DNA of 64,000 bases from Malacoraja senta (lineage: Eukaryota), in the NCBI GenBank assembly GCA_038087875.1, contig JAXLNO010000073.1, positions 682,001 to 746,000 on the forward strand, in the 5' to 3' direction. The stretch's first letter is position 1, and each line of letters starts with the position of its first letter. The notes below the pieces were generated by a model. It did not search any database. It was given only the letters and a program-made list of their open reading frames with translations, and was not told the origin of the DNA. The position numbers and the translations under genes are program-made. Of the stretch, positions 23,350 to 36,796 are shown piece after piece.

Positions 23350-26300
23350 CCTTTTTTAATTATCAAAAAATTTAATCAATTATTAAAAATAATATTTACA
23401 ATACAATAAAACAAAACAGAACCCACCACCATAATACAAGACAATAGACAATAGGTGCAGGAGTAGGCCATTCGGCCCTTCGAGCCAGCACCATCATTCA
23501 ATGTGATCATGGCTGATCATCCCCAATCAGTACCCCGTTCCTGCCTTCTCCCCATATCCCCTGACTACGCTATTTTTAAGAGCCCTATCCAGCTCTCTCT
23601 TGAAAGTATCCAGAGAACCCGCCTCCACCGCCCTCTGAGGCAGAGAAGGCCACAGACTCACCACTCTCTGTGAGAAAAAGTGTTTCCTCGTCTCCGTTCT
23701 AAATGGCTTACTCCTTATTCTTAAACTGTGGCCCCTGGTTCTGGACTCCCCCAACATCGGGAACATGTTTCCTGCCTCTCGCATGTCCAAAGCCTTAACA
23801 ATCTTATATGTTTCAATGAGATCCCCTCTCATCCTTCTAAACTCCAGAGTATACAAGCCCAGCTGCTCCATTCTCTCAGCATATGACAGTCCCACCATCC
23901 CGGGAATTAACCTTGTAAACCTACGGTGCACTCCCTCAATAGCAAGAATGTCCTTCCTCAAATTAGGGGACCAAAACTGCACACAATACTCCAGGTGTGG
24001 TCTCACTAGGGCTCTGTACAACTGCAGAAGGACCTCTTTGCTCCTATATTCGATTCCTCTTGTTATAAAGGCCAACATGCCATTCTCTTTCTTCACTACC
24101 TGCTGTACCTGCATGCTTACTTTCATAGACTGATGTACAAGGACCCCATATCCCATTGTACTTCCCCTTTTCCCAACTTGACGCCATTTAGATAGTTATC
24201 TGCCTTCCTGCTTTTGCTAGTGGATAACCTCACATCTATCTACATTAAACTGCATCTGCCTTGCATCTACCCACTCCCCCAACCTGTCTAAGTCACCCTG
24301 CATTCTCATAGCATCCTCCTCACAGTTCACACTGCCACCCAGCTTTGTGTCATCTGCAAATTTGCTAATGTTACTTTGAATCCCTTCATCCAAATCATTG
24401 ATGTATATTGTAAATAGCTGCGGTCCCATCACCGAGCCTTGCTGTACCCCACTAGTCACTGCCTGCCATTCTGAAAGGGACCCGTTAATCCCTACTCTTT
24501 GTTTCCTGTCTGCCAACCACTTCTCTATCCATGTCAGCACTCTACCCCCAATACCATGTGCCCTAATTTTGCCCTATGTGGGACCTTATCAAATGCTTTC
24601 TGAAAGTCCAGGTACACTAAATCGACTGGCTCTGCCTTGTCCATTTTCCTAGTTACATCCTCAAAAAATTCCAGAAGTTTAGTCAAGCATGATTTCCCCT
24701 TCGTAAATCCACGCTGACTTGGACCGATCCTGTTACTGCTATCCAAATGTTGGCTATCTCATCTTTTATAATTGACTCCAGCATCTTCCCCACCACCGTT
24801 GTCAGGCTAACTGGTCTATAATTCCCTGTTTTCTCTTTCCCGCCTTTCTTAAAAAGACCAACAAATATACTAAATAAACTACTATACACCTATGTTACAC
24901 TCCTTGTCAAGGATGCATTCAACCCCCCGCGGTGCCCAGCGGTCCCGGAAATCCCCCAGAGTGCCCGTGGACAGCGCGTAGTCCCTCTGTAACACCACCC
25001 GGGCGCGGACGTAACCCCGGAACAGGGGTAGGCAGCTGGCTCAGGCAGAGCCCTCTTCCGCCTGGTGCCGTGACTCACGGATGGCCAGCTTGGTCAGGCC
25101 CAGGAGCAACCCAACCAGGACATCTTCGGCCCTACCCTCTCCCCTACGCACAGGGTATCCAAAGATGTGGGTGGTGGGTGAGAAATGCAGTCAGAAGGCA
25201 AGGAGCAGCCCCTTTAAATATTGCAACAGGGGCTGCAGTCTTACACACTCCATACACACGTGGCGCACAGATTCTTCCAGCCCGCTAAAGTGGCAGGCGG
25301 CTGGCGAGTCTGTGAACCACGAGAGAAACAGGTTGCAGGGGCCTCCTCTGTGCAATACCCTCCACCCCAGGTCCCCGATGTAGAGGGGAGAATCCCTGCG
25401 TAGAGGGACCCCCACCCACCGAGCCTTGGCATTGGCTGCACCAAGCTTCAGTGCGTCCCTCAGCATGTACTCCTACAGTCTGCAGCGGGCCAGTCGGCAA
25501 CATTCCGCGACAGACATCTCGCTCCGCTGGGAGGTCAACAAAGCTTGGGCAGACCAAAGAGCGTCTTTCACCGAGTTGATGACCTTCCAGCAGCACTTAA
25601 TGTCAGTCTCTGGGAACAGTCCATAAATCACAGAGTCCTCTGTGACAGAGCTGTTCGGAATAAATCGTGGCAGGGACCCTTGCAGACCTCTCCAGGCTGC
25701 CTTTGCAAATCCACACTCTGCAAAGAGGTGGGCAACCGTCTCCTCTCCATAGCAGCCGTCCTGAGGGCAGCGTGCGCTGGTAGTGAGGTTCCGACGGTGC
25801 AGGAAGGATCTGACTGGGAGGGCTCCCCTCACCGCCAGCCAAGCCAGGTCTTGGTGCTTGTTGGTGAGTTCTGGCGATGAGGCATTTTGCCAGACAAGCT
25901 GAGCAGTCTGCTCTGGGAACCACGCCACAGGATCCATGGAGCCATTTCCCTGCAGTCCCTGCAGGACGTTCCGTGCTGACCACTGTCCGATGGACTTGTG
26001 GTCAAAGGTGTTTGTCCAGAAGAACCTTTCGATGAACAATAGATGTCCAGCTGACTGGCACATTACGTGGCATCTGCACCAGGCCCATCCTTCGCAACAC
26101 TGGGGACAGGTAGAACCTCAGCAGATAGTGACACTTGGTACCCACCTACCTTGGCTCTACGCTTGGCCTGATGCAGCCACACACGAAGGTGGCCATCAGG
26201 GTGAGGGCGACGTTGGGCACATTTTGTCCGTTGTCTGCCGACTTGTGCATTGTGGCCCGTCGCACCCGGTCCATCCTCGACCTCCAGATGAACTGGAAGA

Positions 26301-26790
26301 CGGCTCGGGTGGCGTAGGAGGGAGGGAGAGGCCACACTTGCGCCAAGTACAGCAGCCCCGAGAGCACCTCACACCTGATGACCACATTTTTTCAATTATA
26401 GACAGGGAGCGATGCTTCCACAGCTCCAGTTTCTTCCCCACCTTTACTATGCGCTCCAGACAATTCTTGTCACATGCCTCAGATCCCCAGCACCTTCAAG
26501 AAGTCAGGCTTGATGGTGAAGGGGACAGAAGATCGGTTGGGCCAGTTGCCAAAGAGCATGGCCTCGCTCTTCCTGCGGTTCACCCAGGCTCCCGTGGCCG
26601 ACTCAAACTGGTCGCAGACGCTAATCAATCTGCGGACCGACCCTGGATCCGAGCAGAAGACAGCGACATCATCCATGTAGAGGGAGGTATGGACCTGAGT
26701 GCCCCCACTGCCTGACAATGTCACTCCTCTTATGCTCGCGTCCTTCCTGATGGACTCGGCAAAAGGTTCAATACAGCAGACGAACAAGAC
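23350..26790 (-). mobile_element. Tx1/L1-clade LINE fragment (RT C-terminus plus zinc-binding region), interrupted by CR1
   Basis: TSLYMDDVAVF (RT core), KLELWKHRSLS and RCPQDGCYGEETVAHLFAEC (zf-RVT-like); A-rich 3' end near 23350 on the minus strand. Confidence 0.8.
23440..24853 (-). mobile_element. CR1 LINE ORF2 (RT) fragment nested in a Tx1/L1-like element
   Basis: ORFs with SGVQQGSVMGPQLF, KFADDTKL and [17 protein letters not shown]; (AGACAAT)n tail. Confidence 0.92.
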
Positions 26791-27510
26791 AGGTATAGTA
26801 TGATTTGACTCGATAATATGTAAACAATGGTTTTCACTGTATCTGAGTAAATGTGCCAATTAAGAACCAACATCAATATCAATTGTGATGGGTGCAAAAG
26901 AGATTCTGTAAACAGGCAACAGGAAAGGGGCCACAAAGATGTACCTTCAGACTAATTCCTAATACAAGATATTGTGGAAGCTGTGAGAAGTGAAGACAGG
27001 GTGGGTATCGATTGCTGTCCCTGGCCTCCCTTACGCACCTCCCATGTATCTCACCTTTCCCTATCCAATACCAACATTAGACATATTTACTTGAATGTTG
27101 TTTTACTGATCAGAAGGAAGTGTTGTAATATTACCTGCATATGGTTAAGTAACTGCAAGGCTGAAAGGAAATATTTTCTCAGTATTGATCATTGTTGTGA
27201 GTACACATGGTTCTGTGAGAATTTGGCTGCAGAAGGCACAGGATTCATCTGACCAACACCTGCGTGGATAGGATATCTTATAGGTAGATAAAAATGCTGG
27301 AGAAACTCAGCGGGTGCAGCAGCATCTATGCAGGGAAGGAAATAGGCAACGTTTTGGCCCAAAACCCTTCTTCAGACTGATATGGGGTGGGGGGTGGGGG
27401 GTGGGGGGGGGGGGGCGGGGAGAAGAAAGGAGAAAGGAAGAGGAGGAGCCCGAGGGCTGAGGGAGAGCTGAGAAGGGGAGGAGAGCTGAGAAGGGGAGGG
27501 GATATCTTAT

Positions 27511-27837
27511 AGCCCTGTCCCACGGTACGAGTTCATTCCAAGAGCTCTCCAGAGTTTAAAAAAAATCAAACTCGTGGTAAGCACAGAGAATGAACGTAGT
27601 GGGTACGTCAGAGCTCGGGGACGTCTCTTAGTGGCTCGTAACGCTAACGGCAGGTACTCAGGAAGACTCACTAACGGCAGGTAAGCACGGGAAGACTTGT
27701 GAAGATTTTTCAGCATGTTGAAAAATGTCCCCGAGAGCCCCGAGTACCGACGAGTGGCCATTACCGTAAATCTCCGAGTTCGAATCAGGACAAACTTGGG
27801 AGAGCTCTTGGAATCAACTCGTACGTGAGACAGGGCT
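27511..27837. mobile_element. MITE with ~40-bp terminal inverted repeats (PIF/Harbinger-like)
   Basis: AGCCCTGTCCCACGGTACGAGTTCATTCCAAGAGCTCTCC pairs with GGAGAGCTCTTGGAATCAACTCGTACGTGAGACAGGGCT. The superfamily call is inferred. Confidence 0.8.
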
Positions 27838-28571
27838 TTTACACTCATACCCACTTATGCCAGTAAAATTCTCAACTGTGTTTCAGACTCCCCTCCCTCA
27901 ATCTCCATCCCTTCACCCTTTCACCCCTTCATCTCAGTTAATGTGCTCCCTCGCAGCTCCAGGGACTCAGGTTCAATCCACGGTACTGTCTGTGGACAAA
28001 TTACCTGGGTGCTTTTTGTTTTGTGAGGTGATCAGGAGGTGAAATGCTGAAAAGGATCAGCAGGTCACGCAACATTTGTGCACAGAGAAACAGTTCAGGT
28101 TTGAAGTCAAAAATAATTTTGAAAGGAAAAAAACAAGTTTGCTTTAAGTTGCAGAGAGGTGGGGAGGGATAGGTCAAAGGAAAAATCAACAATCTGACAA
28201 CAACGGTAAAAAATGGTAAAAGATAAAAGTGTACACTAAAACACACAACTGTTGTACCTATCAAGAATGATTGAACAGGCTGGGGCTCTTTTCTCTACAT
28301 CCTATCATTCCTCAACCTGAGGAAGTCTTCAAAAAGATCAAACAGGTAGCTGTAGATGAGACATTTCTATTTGCAGAAGACATCACAACTTGGGGCCATC
28401 GATAAGTCGCTAATAATTCAAATTGCTAATTCATGACTCAAGAGTGTTTCATTGTCATATATACCGGCTATGGAAAAATTAAAATTCTTTCTTGCTGCAT
28501 GTTTACAGGCCCATTAACACAATAATATAATGATACAATACAATGATACAATTTATTTGTTGTCATTTGAA

Positions 28572-28771
28572 NNNNNNNNNNNNNNNNNNNNNNNNNNNNN
28601 NNNNNNNNNNNNNNNNNNNNNNNNNNNNNNNNNNNNNNNNNNNNNNNNNNNNNNNNNNNNNNNNNNNNNNNNNNNNNNNNNNNNNNNNNNNNNNNNNNNN
28701 NNNNNNNNNNNNNNNNNNNNNNNNNNNNNNNNNNNNNNNNNNNNNNNNNNNNNNNNNNNNNNNNNNNNNNN
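28572..28771. other. Assembly gap (200 N)
   Basis: Run of exactly 200 N, typical of a scaffold join of unknown size. Confidence 1.
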
Positions 28772-29207
28772 GCTGTCCATTCAGCTATCTCTCCTTGGAT
28801 CCCATGAGATCTAACCTACCATCAGGCACCTTGCCCTTACTAAAGTACACAACATCTACAGCTCTGCCTTCATCAACCTTTTTGCTCACGTCTTCAAAAA
28901 ATCAATCAGATTTGTGAGACACGACCTCCCGCGTACAAAACCATGCTGACTATCCCTAATCAGCCCTTGCCCATCCAAATGCCTGTATATACTATCCCTC
29001 AGAATACTTTCCAGTGACTTACCAACTACAGATGTTAAGCTCACCGGCCTATAGTTCCCAGCATTTTCCCTGCAGCCCTTCTTGAAAAGAGGCACAATAT
29101 TTGCCACCCTCCAGTCTTCTGGCACCTCTCCTGTATTTAAGGACGACTAATAAATTTCAACCAGGGCTCCCGCAATTTCCTCTCTAGTTCCCCACAATGT
29201 CCTGCAA

Positions 29208-30725
29208 TGTCTGATGCGGAGAAGCTTGGACCAAGTTGTGATGGACTGAGGGGAGAAGGGTTTGTTTTTGAGTGTGTGCATTGCTGTTTGTAAATAAGCA
29301 AACTACAATCTGGAGTTCAAGATCATCTTTAATCAGTACCCATTTTACAGCAGGTCGTTAGTTGTTAGTTCATCGTTACCGCTTCCAAGACTGACCAGTG
29401 TAGGAAGTGGGTGCTAGTATGAATCATACAGTAAGGTGGGGTTAGTGATGCTATTCTACTATGATTGGTTCACATGCAATAACCAATCTACATCCTTCCC
29501 CGTAAAGAGCGAATATAGTTAAACACACATGCAGCTAGAATTCAAACATACTCGCCATATCTGTCGGGCGGTCTACTAATACGGCCCGAACGCGTACGGA
29601 CCAAGCCCTCTCCCCCTTCGCCAGAAAAGTTAGAGGGAGGCGGTGAACCCGGAATTGAAAAAGCAGCAGGGGACACTCGTGGTCACCGACATGGGAAGCA
29701 TGCGGGAGAGGTAGTGTTGTTGTTAGTCATAACCGCCGGTTGTGGTGGAGTAAGGGACATGCTGGAACTGGTGGTGGCAACGGCAGCAGATGGCTGGAAC
29801 AGCAGAGGTGGAGCGAAAGGATCGGCTGGTGGTGGACGTGGTTCCTTCACAGCTAGCAAGTGTTGGCGGCTCCGACGGTACAAGGCGCCATCGATGTCAA
29901 CAAGGTAGGATTAGGGTTCTTTGGACGGGCCAACAACGCAACCTAGACGGGAATGTCCCATAGTAGTTTGCAAACGGACGATTTGGCCCGGTAGTAGTGG
30001 TTTAAGTGGTCTGCTGGACTTGTCATGAGATCGTTTCTGGATGTCGTGTTTCTCCTGGATGCACTTCTGGATCGTGGCTGGCTTCAGCACCTGTGGCGCC
30101 AGCTTCTGCTGGGCAATTGGTATCGGTGGTCTCGTTGTTCTGGACATCAGGCGTTGGGCTGGTGAGCCCAGGACCCCGTCTCTAGCGATGTTTCTGAGGT
30201 TTAAAAGGTCGAGGTACACATCTGACTTGGCGAGGTGGGTGCGTTCCATTAGCTGTTTAGCGCTTCTGACGGCTCGTTCAGCGAGCCCGTTACTTTGTGG
30301 GTATTCGGGGCTGCTCGTGACATGGTGAAAATTCCATCGGTTAGCAAAGTGTTTGAAGGCGTGACTGGTAAATTGTCTTCCGTTGTCGGTCTGCAAGCGG
30401 ACAGGTGCGCCGAAAATGGTAAAAGTGTCTCTGTAGCTTTTGATTGACCATTTCTGATGTGATAGAAGGCAGTAAATCAAGTTTGAACCAGTTAGAGTAG
30501 GAGTCGACCAGGACTAGATAATGTTTACCGTGCCACTCGAAAATGTCTGCCGCCAGCGACGTCCAGGGCAGTGCTGGTGGAGGTTGTTGTAGCAGGGGCT
30601 GTCTCTGTTGGTGCGACGCCAGGCTGTTGCAGATGGGGCAAGAGGCTGTCTTGTCCCGTATGTACTTGGCCATGCCAGGCCAGTAAAACATATTCTGTGC
30701 GTGGGCCAGCGTGGCATCGGTGGTT
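29208..30725 (-). mobile_element. Gypsy LTR retrotransposon remnant: integrase, PPT and 3' LTR (29208-29492)
   Basis: Integrase motifs MFYWPGM..CPIC, LVLVDSYS, TDNGRQF and PQSNGLAERAV (frameshifted near 30415). Minus-strand PPT CGGGGAAGGA directly precedes a 285-bp TGT...ACA LTR. Confidence 0.9.
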
Positions 30726-30958
30726 ATTAGTGGTGGTTATTAGTGACTAGACTAGACCCGTTGGATGGATAGACAGACAGACAGACAGACAGACAGTGTT
30801 CACAGTTCCAATGACCAACCTCTCTTCCATAGTGTCCTTCAGCAACCCCTGACTGTCGAACGTTGATCGTTTGTTTGCGTGCTATCCAGGCAAATGTACT
30901 GAACACAAGTACCATCGGCATACATAAGTACAGCAGGTAGTGCAAAGAGAAAAATACC

Positions 30959-33110
30959 GTAGTGAGGATGTGTGTAGTGAGGGTGTGTGTGTAGTGAGGG
31001 TGTGTGTGTAGTGAGGGTGTGTGTAGTGAGGGTGTGTGTGGTGAGGGTGTGTGTGTAGTGAGGGTGTGTGTGTAGTGAGGGTGTGTGTGTAGTGAGGGGG
31101 TGTGTAGTGAGGGTGTGTGTGTAGTGAGGGGGTGTGTAGTGAGGGTGTGTGTGTAGTGAGGGGGTGTGTAGTGAGGGGGTGTGTGTAGTGAGGGGGTGTG
31201 TGTAGTGAGGGTGTGTGTGTAGTGAGGGGGTGTGTAGTGAGGGTGTGTGTGTAGTGAGGGTGTGTGTAGTGAGGGTGTGTGTGTAGTGAGGGTGTGTGTG
31301 TAGTGAGGGTGTGTGTGTAGTGAGGGTGTGTGTGTGGTGAGGGTGTGTGTGTGGTGAGGGTGTGTGTGTGGTGAGGGTGTGTGTGTGGTGAGGGTGTGTG
31401 TGTGGTGAGGGTGTGTGTGTGTGGTGAGGGTGTGTGTGTGCTGTGAGGGTGTGTGTAGTGAGGGTGTGTAGTGAGGGTGTGTAGTGAGAGTGTGTGTAGT
31501 GAGGGTGTGTGTAGTGAGGGTGTGTGTAGTGAGGGTGTGTGTGTAGTGAGGGTGTGTGTAGTGAGGGTGTGTGTAGTGAGGGTGTGTGTGTGGTGAGCGT
31601 GTGTGTAGTGAGGGTGTGTGTGTAGTGAGGGTGTGTGTAGTGAGGGTATGTGTAGTGAGGGTATGTGTGGTGAGGGTGTGTGTGTAGTGAGGGTGTGTGT
31701 AGTGAGGGTGTGTGTAGTGAGGGTGTGTGTTTGGTGAGGGGGTGTGTAGTGAGGGTGTGTGTAGTGAGGGTGTGTGTAGTGAGGGTGTGTGTGTGGTGAG
31801 GGGGTGTGTAGTGAGGGTGTGTGTGTAGTGAGGGTGTGTGTAGTGAGGGTGTGTGTAGTGAGGGTGTGTGTAGTGAGTGTGTGTGTGTAGTGAGGGTGTG
31901 TGTAGTGAGGGTGTGTGTAGTGCGGGTGTGTGTAGTGAGGGTGTGTGTAGTGAGGGTGTGTGTAGTGAGGGTGTGTGTAGTGAGTGTGTGTAGTGAGGGG
32001 GTGTGTGTAGTGAGGGGGTGTGTGTAGTGAGGGGGTGTGTGTAGTGAGGGGGTGTGTAGTGAGGGGGTGTGTAGTGAGGGGGTGTGTGTAGTGAGGGTGT
32101 GTGTGTAGTGAGGGGGTGTGTGTAGTGAGGGGGTGTGTGTAGTGAGGGGGTGTGTGTAGTGAGGGGGTGTGTGTAGTGAGGGGGTGTGTGTAGTGAGGGG
32201 GTGTGTGTAGTGAGGGGGTGTGTGTAGTGAGGGGTGTGTGTAGTGAGGGGGTGTGTAGTGAGTGTGTGTGTAGTGAGGGTGTGTGTGTAGTGAGGGTGTG
32301 TGGTGAGGGGGTGTGTGTGGTGAGGGGTGTGTGTGGTGAGGGGGTGTGTGTGGTGAGGGTGTGTGTGTAGTGAGGGGGTGTGTAGTGAGGGGGTGTGTAG
32401 TGAGGGTGTGTGTGTAGGGAGGGGGTGTGTGCGGTGAGGGGGTGTGTGCGGTGAGGGGGTGTGTGCGGTGAGGGGGTGTGTGCGGTGAGGGTGTGTGTGC
32501 GGTGAGGGTGTGTGTGCGGTGAGGGGGTGTGCGGTGAGGGTGTGTGCAGTGAGGGTGTGTGCAGTGAGGGTGTGTGTGTAGTGAGGGGGTGTGTAGTGAG
32601 GGGGTGTGTGTAGTGAGGGGGTGTGTGTGTAGTGAGGGGGTGTGCGGTGAGGGGGTGTGTGCGGTGAGGTGGTGTGTGCGGTGAGGGGGTGTGTGCGGTG
32701 AGGGTGTGTGTGCGGTGAGGGGGTGTGTGCGGTGAGGGGGTGTGTGCGGTGAGGGGGTGTGTGCGGTGAGGGGGGTGTGTGCGGTGAGGGGGTGTGTGCG
32801 GTGAGGGTGTGTGTGCGGTGAGGGGGTGTGTGCGGTGAGGGGGTGTGTGCGGTGAGGGGGTGTGCGGTGAGGGGGTGTGCGGTGAGGGGGTGTGCGGTGA
32901 GGGGGGTTGTGAGGGTGTGTGTAGTCAGGGTGTGTGTAGTCAGGGTGTGTGTAGTCAGGGTGTGTGTGGTGAGGGTGTGTGTAGTGAGTGTGTGTGGTGA
33001 GGGTGTGTGTAGTGAGGGTGTGTGTGGTGAGGGTGTGTAGTGAGGGTGTGTGTGGTGAGGGTGTGTAGTGAGGGTTTGTGTGGTGAGGGTTTGTGTAGTC
33101 GGTCTGTGTA
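30959..33110. repeat. G/T-rich satellite, (GTAGTGAGGGTGTGT)n-type, 13-19-bp units
   Basis: Direct reading. Variant blocks are present (TAGTGAGG versus CGGTGAGG). Confidence 0.95.
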
Positions 33111-33277
33111 GTCAGGATCTGTAGACATGGTCTGATGAGGTGAGGGGATGAGTCCATTCCAGTCTGATGCTGTGTTTGAATTTAATTAATTCCTCAGTGA
33201 CAGGTGGAACTTGATCTTTTGTATGTGAATCAATGGTGCAGAACTTTTGCTACAGGTGCTTTACAATAATCACTGTG

Positions 33278-34750
33278 TCATAGTCATAGAGTGATACAGT
33301 GTGGAAACAGGCCCTTCGGCCCACACCGGCCAACACTGTCCCATTTACACTAGTCCTACTTGCCTGCATTTGGTCCATAACCCTCCAAACCTGTCCTATC
33401 CATGTACCTGTCCAACTGTTTCTTTAACGATGGGATAGTCCCAGCCTCAACTACCTTCCCTGGCAGCTTCTTCCATACACCCACCTGTGTGAAAAAGTTA
33501 CCCCTCTGAATCTTATTAAAGCTTTCTCCCTTCACCTTGAACCTATGTCCTCTTGTCCTCGATTCCCCTACCCTGGCCAAGAGACTCTGTACATCTACCC
33601 GATCTATTCCTCTCATGATTTTATACACCTCTAAAAGATCTCCCCTCATCCTCCTGCGTTCCATGGAATAGAGACCCAGCCTACTCAACCTCTCCCTGTA
33701 GCTCACACCCTCTAGTCCTGGCAACATCCTCATAAATCTTTTCTGGACCCTTTCTGGACCCTTTCAAGCTTGACAATATCTTTACTATAACAAGGTGCCC
33801 AGAACTGAACACATTATTATAAATTAGGTCTCACCAATGTATTATACAACTGCAACATGACCTCCTAACTTCTATGCTCAATACTCTGACTGATGAAGGT
33901 CAAAGTGCCAAAAGCCTTTTTGACCACCTTATCTACCTGCGTCTTGACCTTCAAGGAACCATGCACTTGTACTCCTAGATCCCTTTGCTCTACAACACTA
34001 CCCAGAGTCCTGCTATTTACTGTGCAGGTCCTGGCCTTGTTCGATGTCCCAAAATGCAACACCTCACACTTCTCTGTATTAAATTCCACCAACCATTCCT
34101 CCGCCCACAAGGCCAAACGATCCAGATTCTGCTGCAATCGTTCACAACCTTCATCACTATCTGCAAAACCACTAACTTTTGTATCATCAGCAAACTTGCT
34201 AATTTTGCCCTGTATGTTCTCATCCAAATCATTGATGTAGACGACAAACAGTAACGGGCCCAGCATCGAACCCTGAGGCACACCACTAGTCACCCTCTGC
34301 TTCCTTCCATGGAGTCAATTTGCTGTCCATTCAGCTATCTCTCCTTGGATCCCATGAGATCTAACCTACCATCAGGCACCTTGCCTTACTAAAGTACACA
34401 ACATCTACAGCTCTGCCTTCATCAACCTTTTTGCTCACGTCTTCAAAAAATCAATCAGATTTGTGAGACACGACCTCCCGCGTACAAAACCATGCTGACT
34501 ATCCCTAATCAGCCCTTGCCCATCCAAATGCCTGTATATACTATCCCTCAGAATACTTTCCAGTGACTTACCAACTACAGATGTTAAGCTCACCGGCCTA
34601 TAGTTCCCAGCATTTTCCCTGCAGCCCTTCTTGAAAAGAGGCACAATATTTGCCACCCTCCAGTCTTCTGGCACCTCTCCTATATTTAAGGACGACTAAT
34701 AAATTTCAACCAGGGCTCCCGCAATTTCCTTTCTAGTTCCCCACAATGTC
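33278..34750 (-). mobile_element. CR1 LINE ORF2 fragment
   Basis: TSGVPQGSMLGPLLF, KFADDTK, PEDWRVANIVPLFKKG and C-terminal CR1 peptides. Confidence 0.92.
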
Positions 34751-34756
34751 CTGCAA

Positions 34757-36270
34757 TGTCTGATGCGGAGAAGCTTGGACCAAGTTGTGATGGACTGAGG
34801 GGAGAAGGGTTTGTTTTTGAGTGTGTGCATTGCTGTTTGTAAATAAGCAAACTACAATCTGGAGTTCAAGATCATCTTTAATCAGTACCCATTTTACAGC
34901 AGGTCGTTAGTTGTTAGTTCATCGTTACCGCTTCCAAGACTGACCAGTGTAGGAAGTGGGTGCTAGTATGAATCATACAGTAAGGTGGGGTTAGTGATGC
35001 TATTCTACTATGATTGGTTCACATGCAATAACCAATCTACATCCTTCCCCGTAAAGAGCGAATATAGTTAAACACACATGCAGCTAGAATTCAAACATAC
35101 TCGCCATATCTGTCGGGCGGTCTACTAATACGGCCCGAACGCGTACGGACCAAGCCCTCTCCCCCTTCGCCAGAAAAGTTAGAGGGAGGCGGTGAACCCG
35201 GAATTGAAAAAGCAGCAGGGGACACTCGTGGTCACCGACATGGGAAGCATGCGGGAGAGGTAGTGTTGTTGTTAGTCATAACCGCCGGTTGTGGTGGAGT
35301 AAGGGACATGCTGGAACTGGTGGTGGCAACGGCAGCAGATGGCTGGAACAGCAGAGGTGGAGCGAAAGGATCGGCTGGTGGTGGACGTGGTTCCTTCACA
35401 GCTAGCAAGTGTTGGCGGCTCCGACGGTACAAGGCGCCATCGATGTCAACAAGGTAGGATTAGGGTTCTTTGGACGGGCCAACAACGCAACCTAGACGGG
35501 AATGTCCCATAGTAGTTTGCAAACGGACGATTTGGCCCGGTAGTAGTGGTTTAAGTGGTCTGCTGGACTTGTCATGAGATCGTTTCTGGATGTCGTGTTT
35601 CTCCTGGATGCACTTCTGGATCGTGGCTGGCTTCAGCACCTGTGGCGCCAGCTTCTGCTGGGCAATTGGTATCGGTGGTCTCGTTGTTCTGGACATCAGG
35701 CATTGGGCTGGTGAGCCCAGGACCCCGTCTCTAGCGATGTTTCTGAGGTTTAAAAGGTCGAGGTACACATCTGACTTGGCTAGGTGGGTGCGTTCCATTA
35801 GCTGTTTAACGCTTCTGACGGCTCGTTCAGCGAGCCCATTACTTTGTGGGTATTCGGGGCTGCTCGTGACATGGTGAAAATTCCATCGGTTAGCAAAGTG
35901 TTTGAAGGCGTGACTGGTAAATTGTCTTCCGTTGTCGGTCTGCAAGCGGACAGGTGCGCCGAATGTGGAGAAGTGTCTCTGTAGCTTTTGATTGACCATT
36001 TCTGATGTGATAGAAGGCAGTAAATCAAGTTTGAACCAGTTAGAGTAGGAGTCGACCAGGACTAGATAATGTTTACCGTGCCACTCGAAAATGTCTGCCG
36101 CCAGCGACGTCCAGGGCAGTGCTGGTGGAGGTTGTTGTAGCAGGGGCTGTCTCTGTTGGTGCGACGCCAGGCTGTTGCAGATGGGGCAAGAGGCTGTCTT
36201 GTCCCGTATGTACTTGGCCATGCCAGGCCAGTAAAACATATTCTGTGCGTGGGCCAGCGTGGCATCGGTG
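34757..36270 (-). mobile_element. Gypsy remnant, second copy (LTR 34757-35041; integrase ORF 35460-36239 unbroken)
   Basis: 259-aa ORF with the zinc-binding region and D-D-E core; same LTR and PPT as the first copy. Confidence 0.9.
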
Positions 36271-36796
36271 GTTATTAGTGGTGGTTATTAGTGACTAGAC
36301 TAGACCCGTTGGATGGATAGACAGACAGACAGACAGACAGTGTTCACAGTTCCAATGACCAACCTCTCTTCCATAGTGTCCTTCAGCAACCCCTGACTGT
36401 CGAACGTTGATCGTTTGTTTGCGTGCTATCCAGGCAAATGTACTGAACACAATTACCATCGGCATACATAAGTACAGCAGGTAGTGCAAAGAGAAAAATA
36501 CCAGAGAACAGAATATAATGTTACAGTTCCAGAGAAAAAAGTCCAAGGTCGGCATTGAGGGGAGTTTGAGTATCAGGACTTCACTTCATCTTATGGGAGG
36601 ACAGTTAGAATCGGATTGGGGGCTAATCACATGGAGATAATTAAACGTTGAAAACTGTGTAAGATGGCTGGAATATAAAAACTGGCACCTCGTTATACCG
36701 GCCGCATCCCCAGTCCACAGCCGTGGCCCGCAGCCTGTCTGGAAGCAGATGTGTGTTTTATTGTCATATGTCCCGAAACAGAACACTGACATTCTA

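Noticed and set aside
30839..33157. 772-aa His/Thr/Pro-rich ORF
   Set aside because: Translation of a simple satellite.
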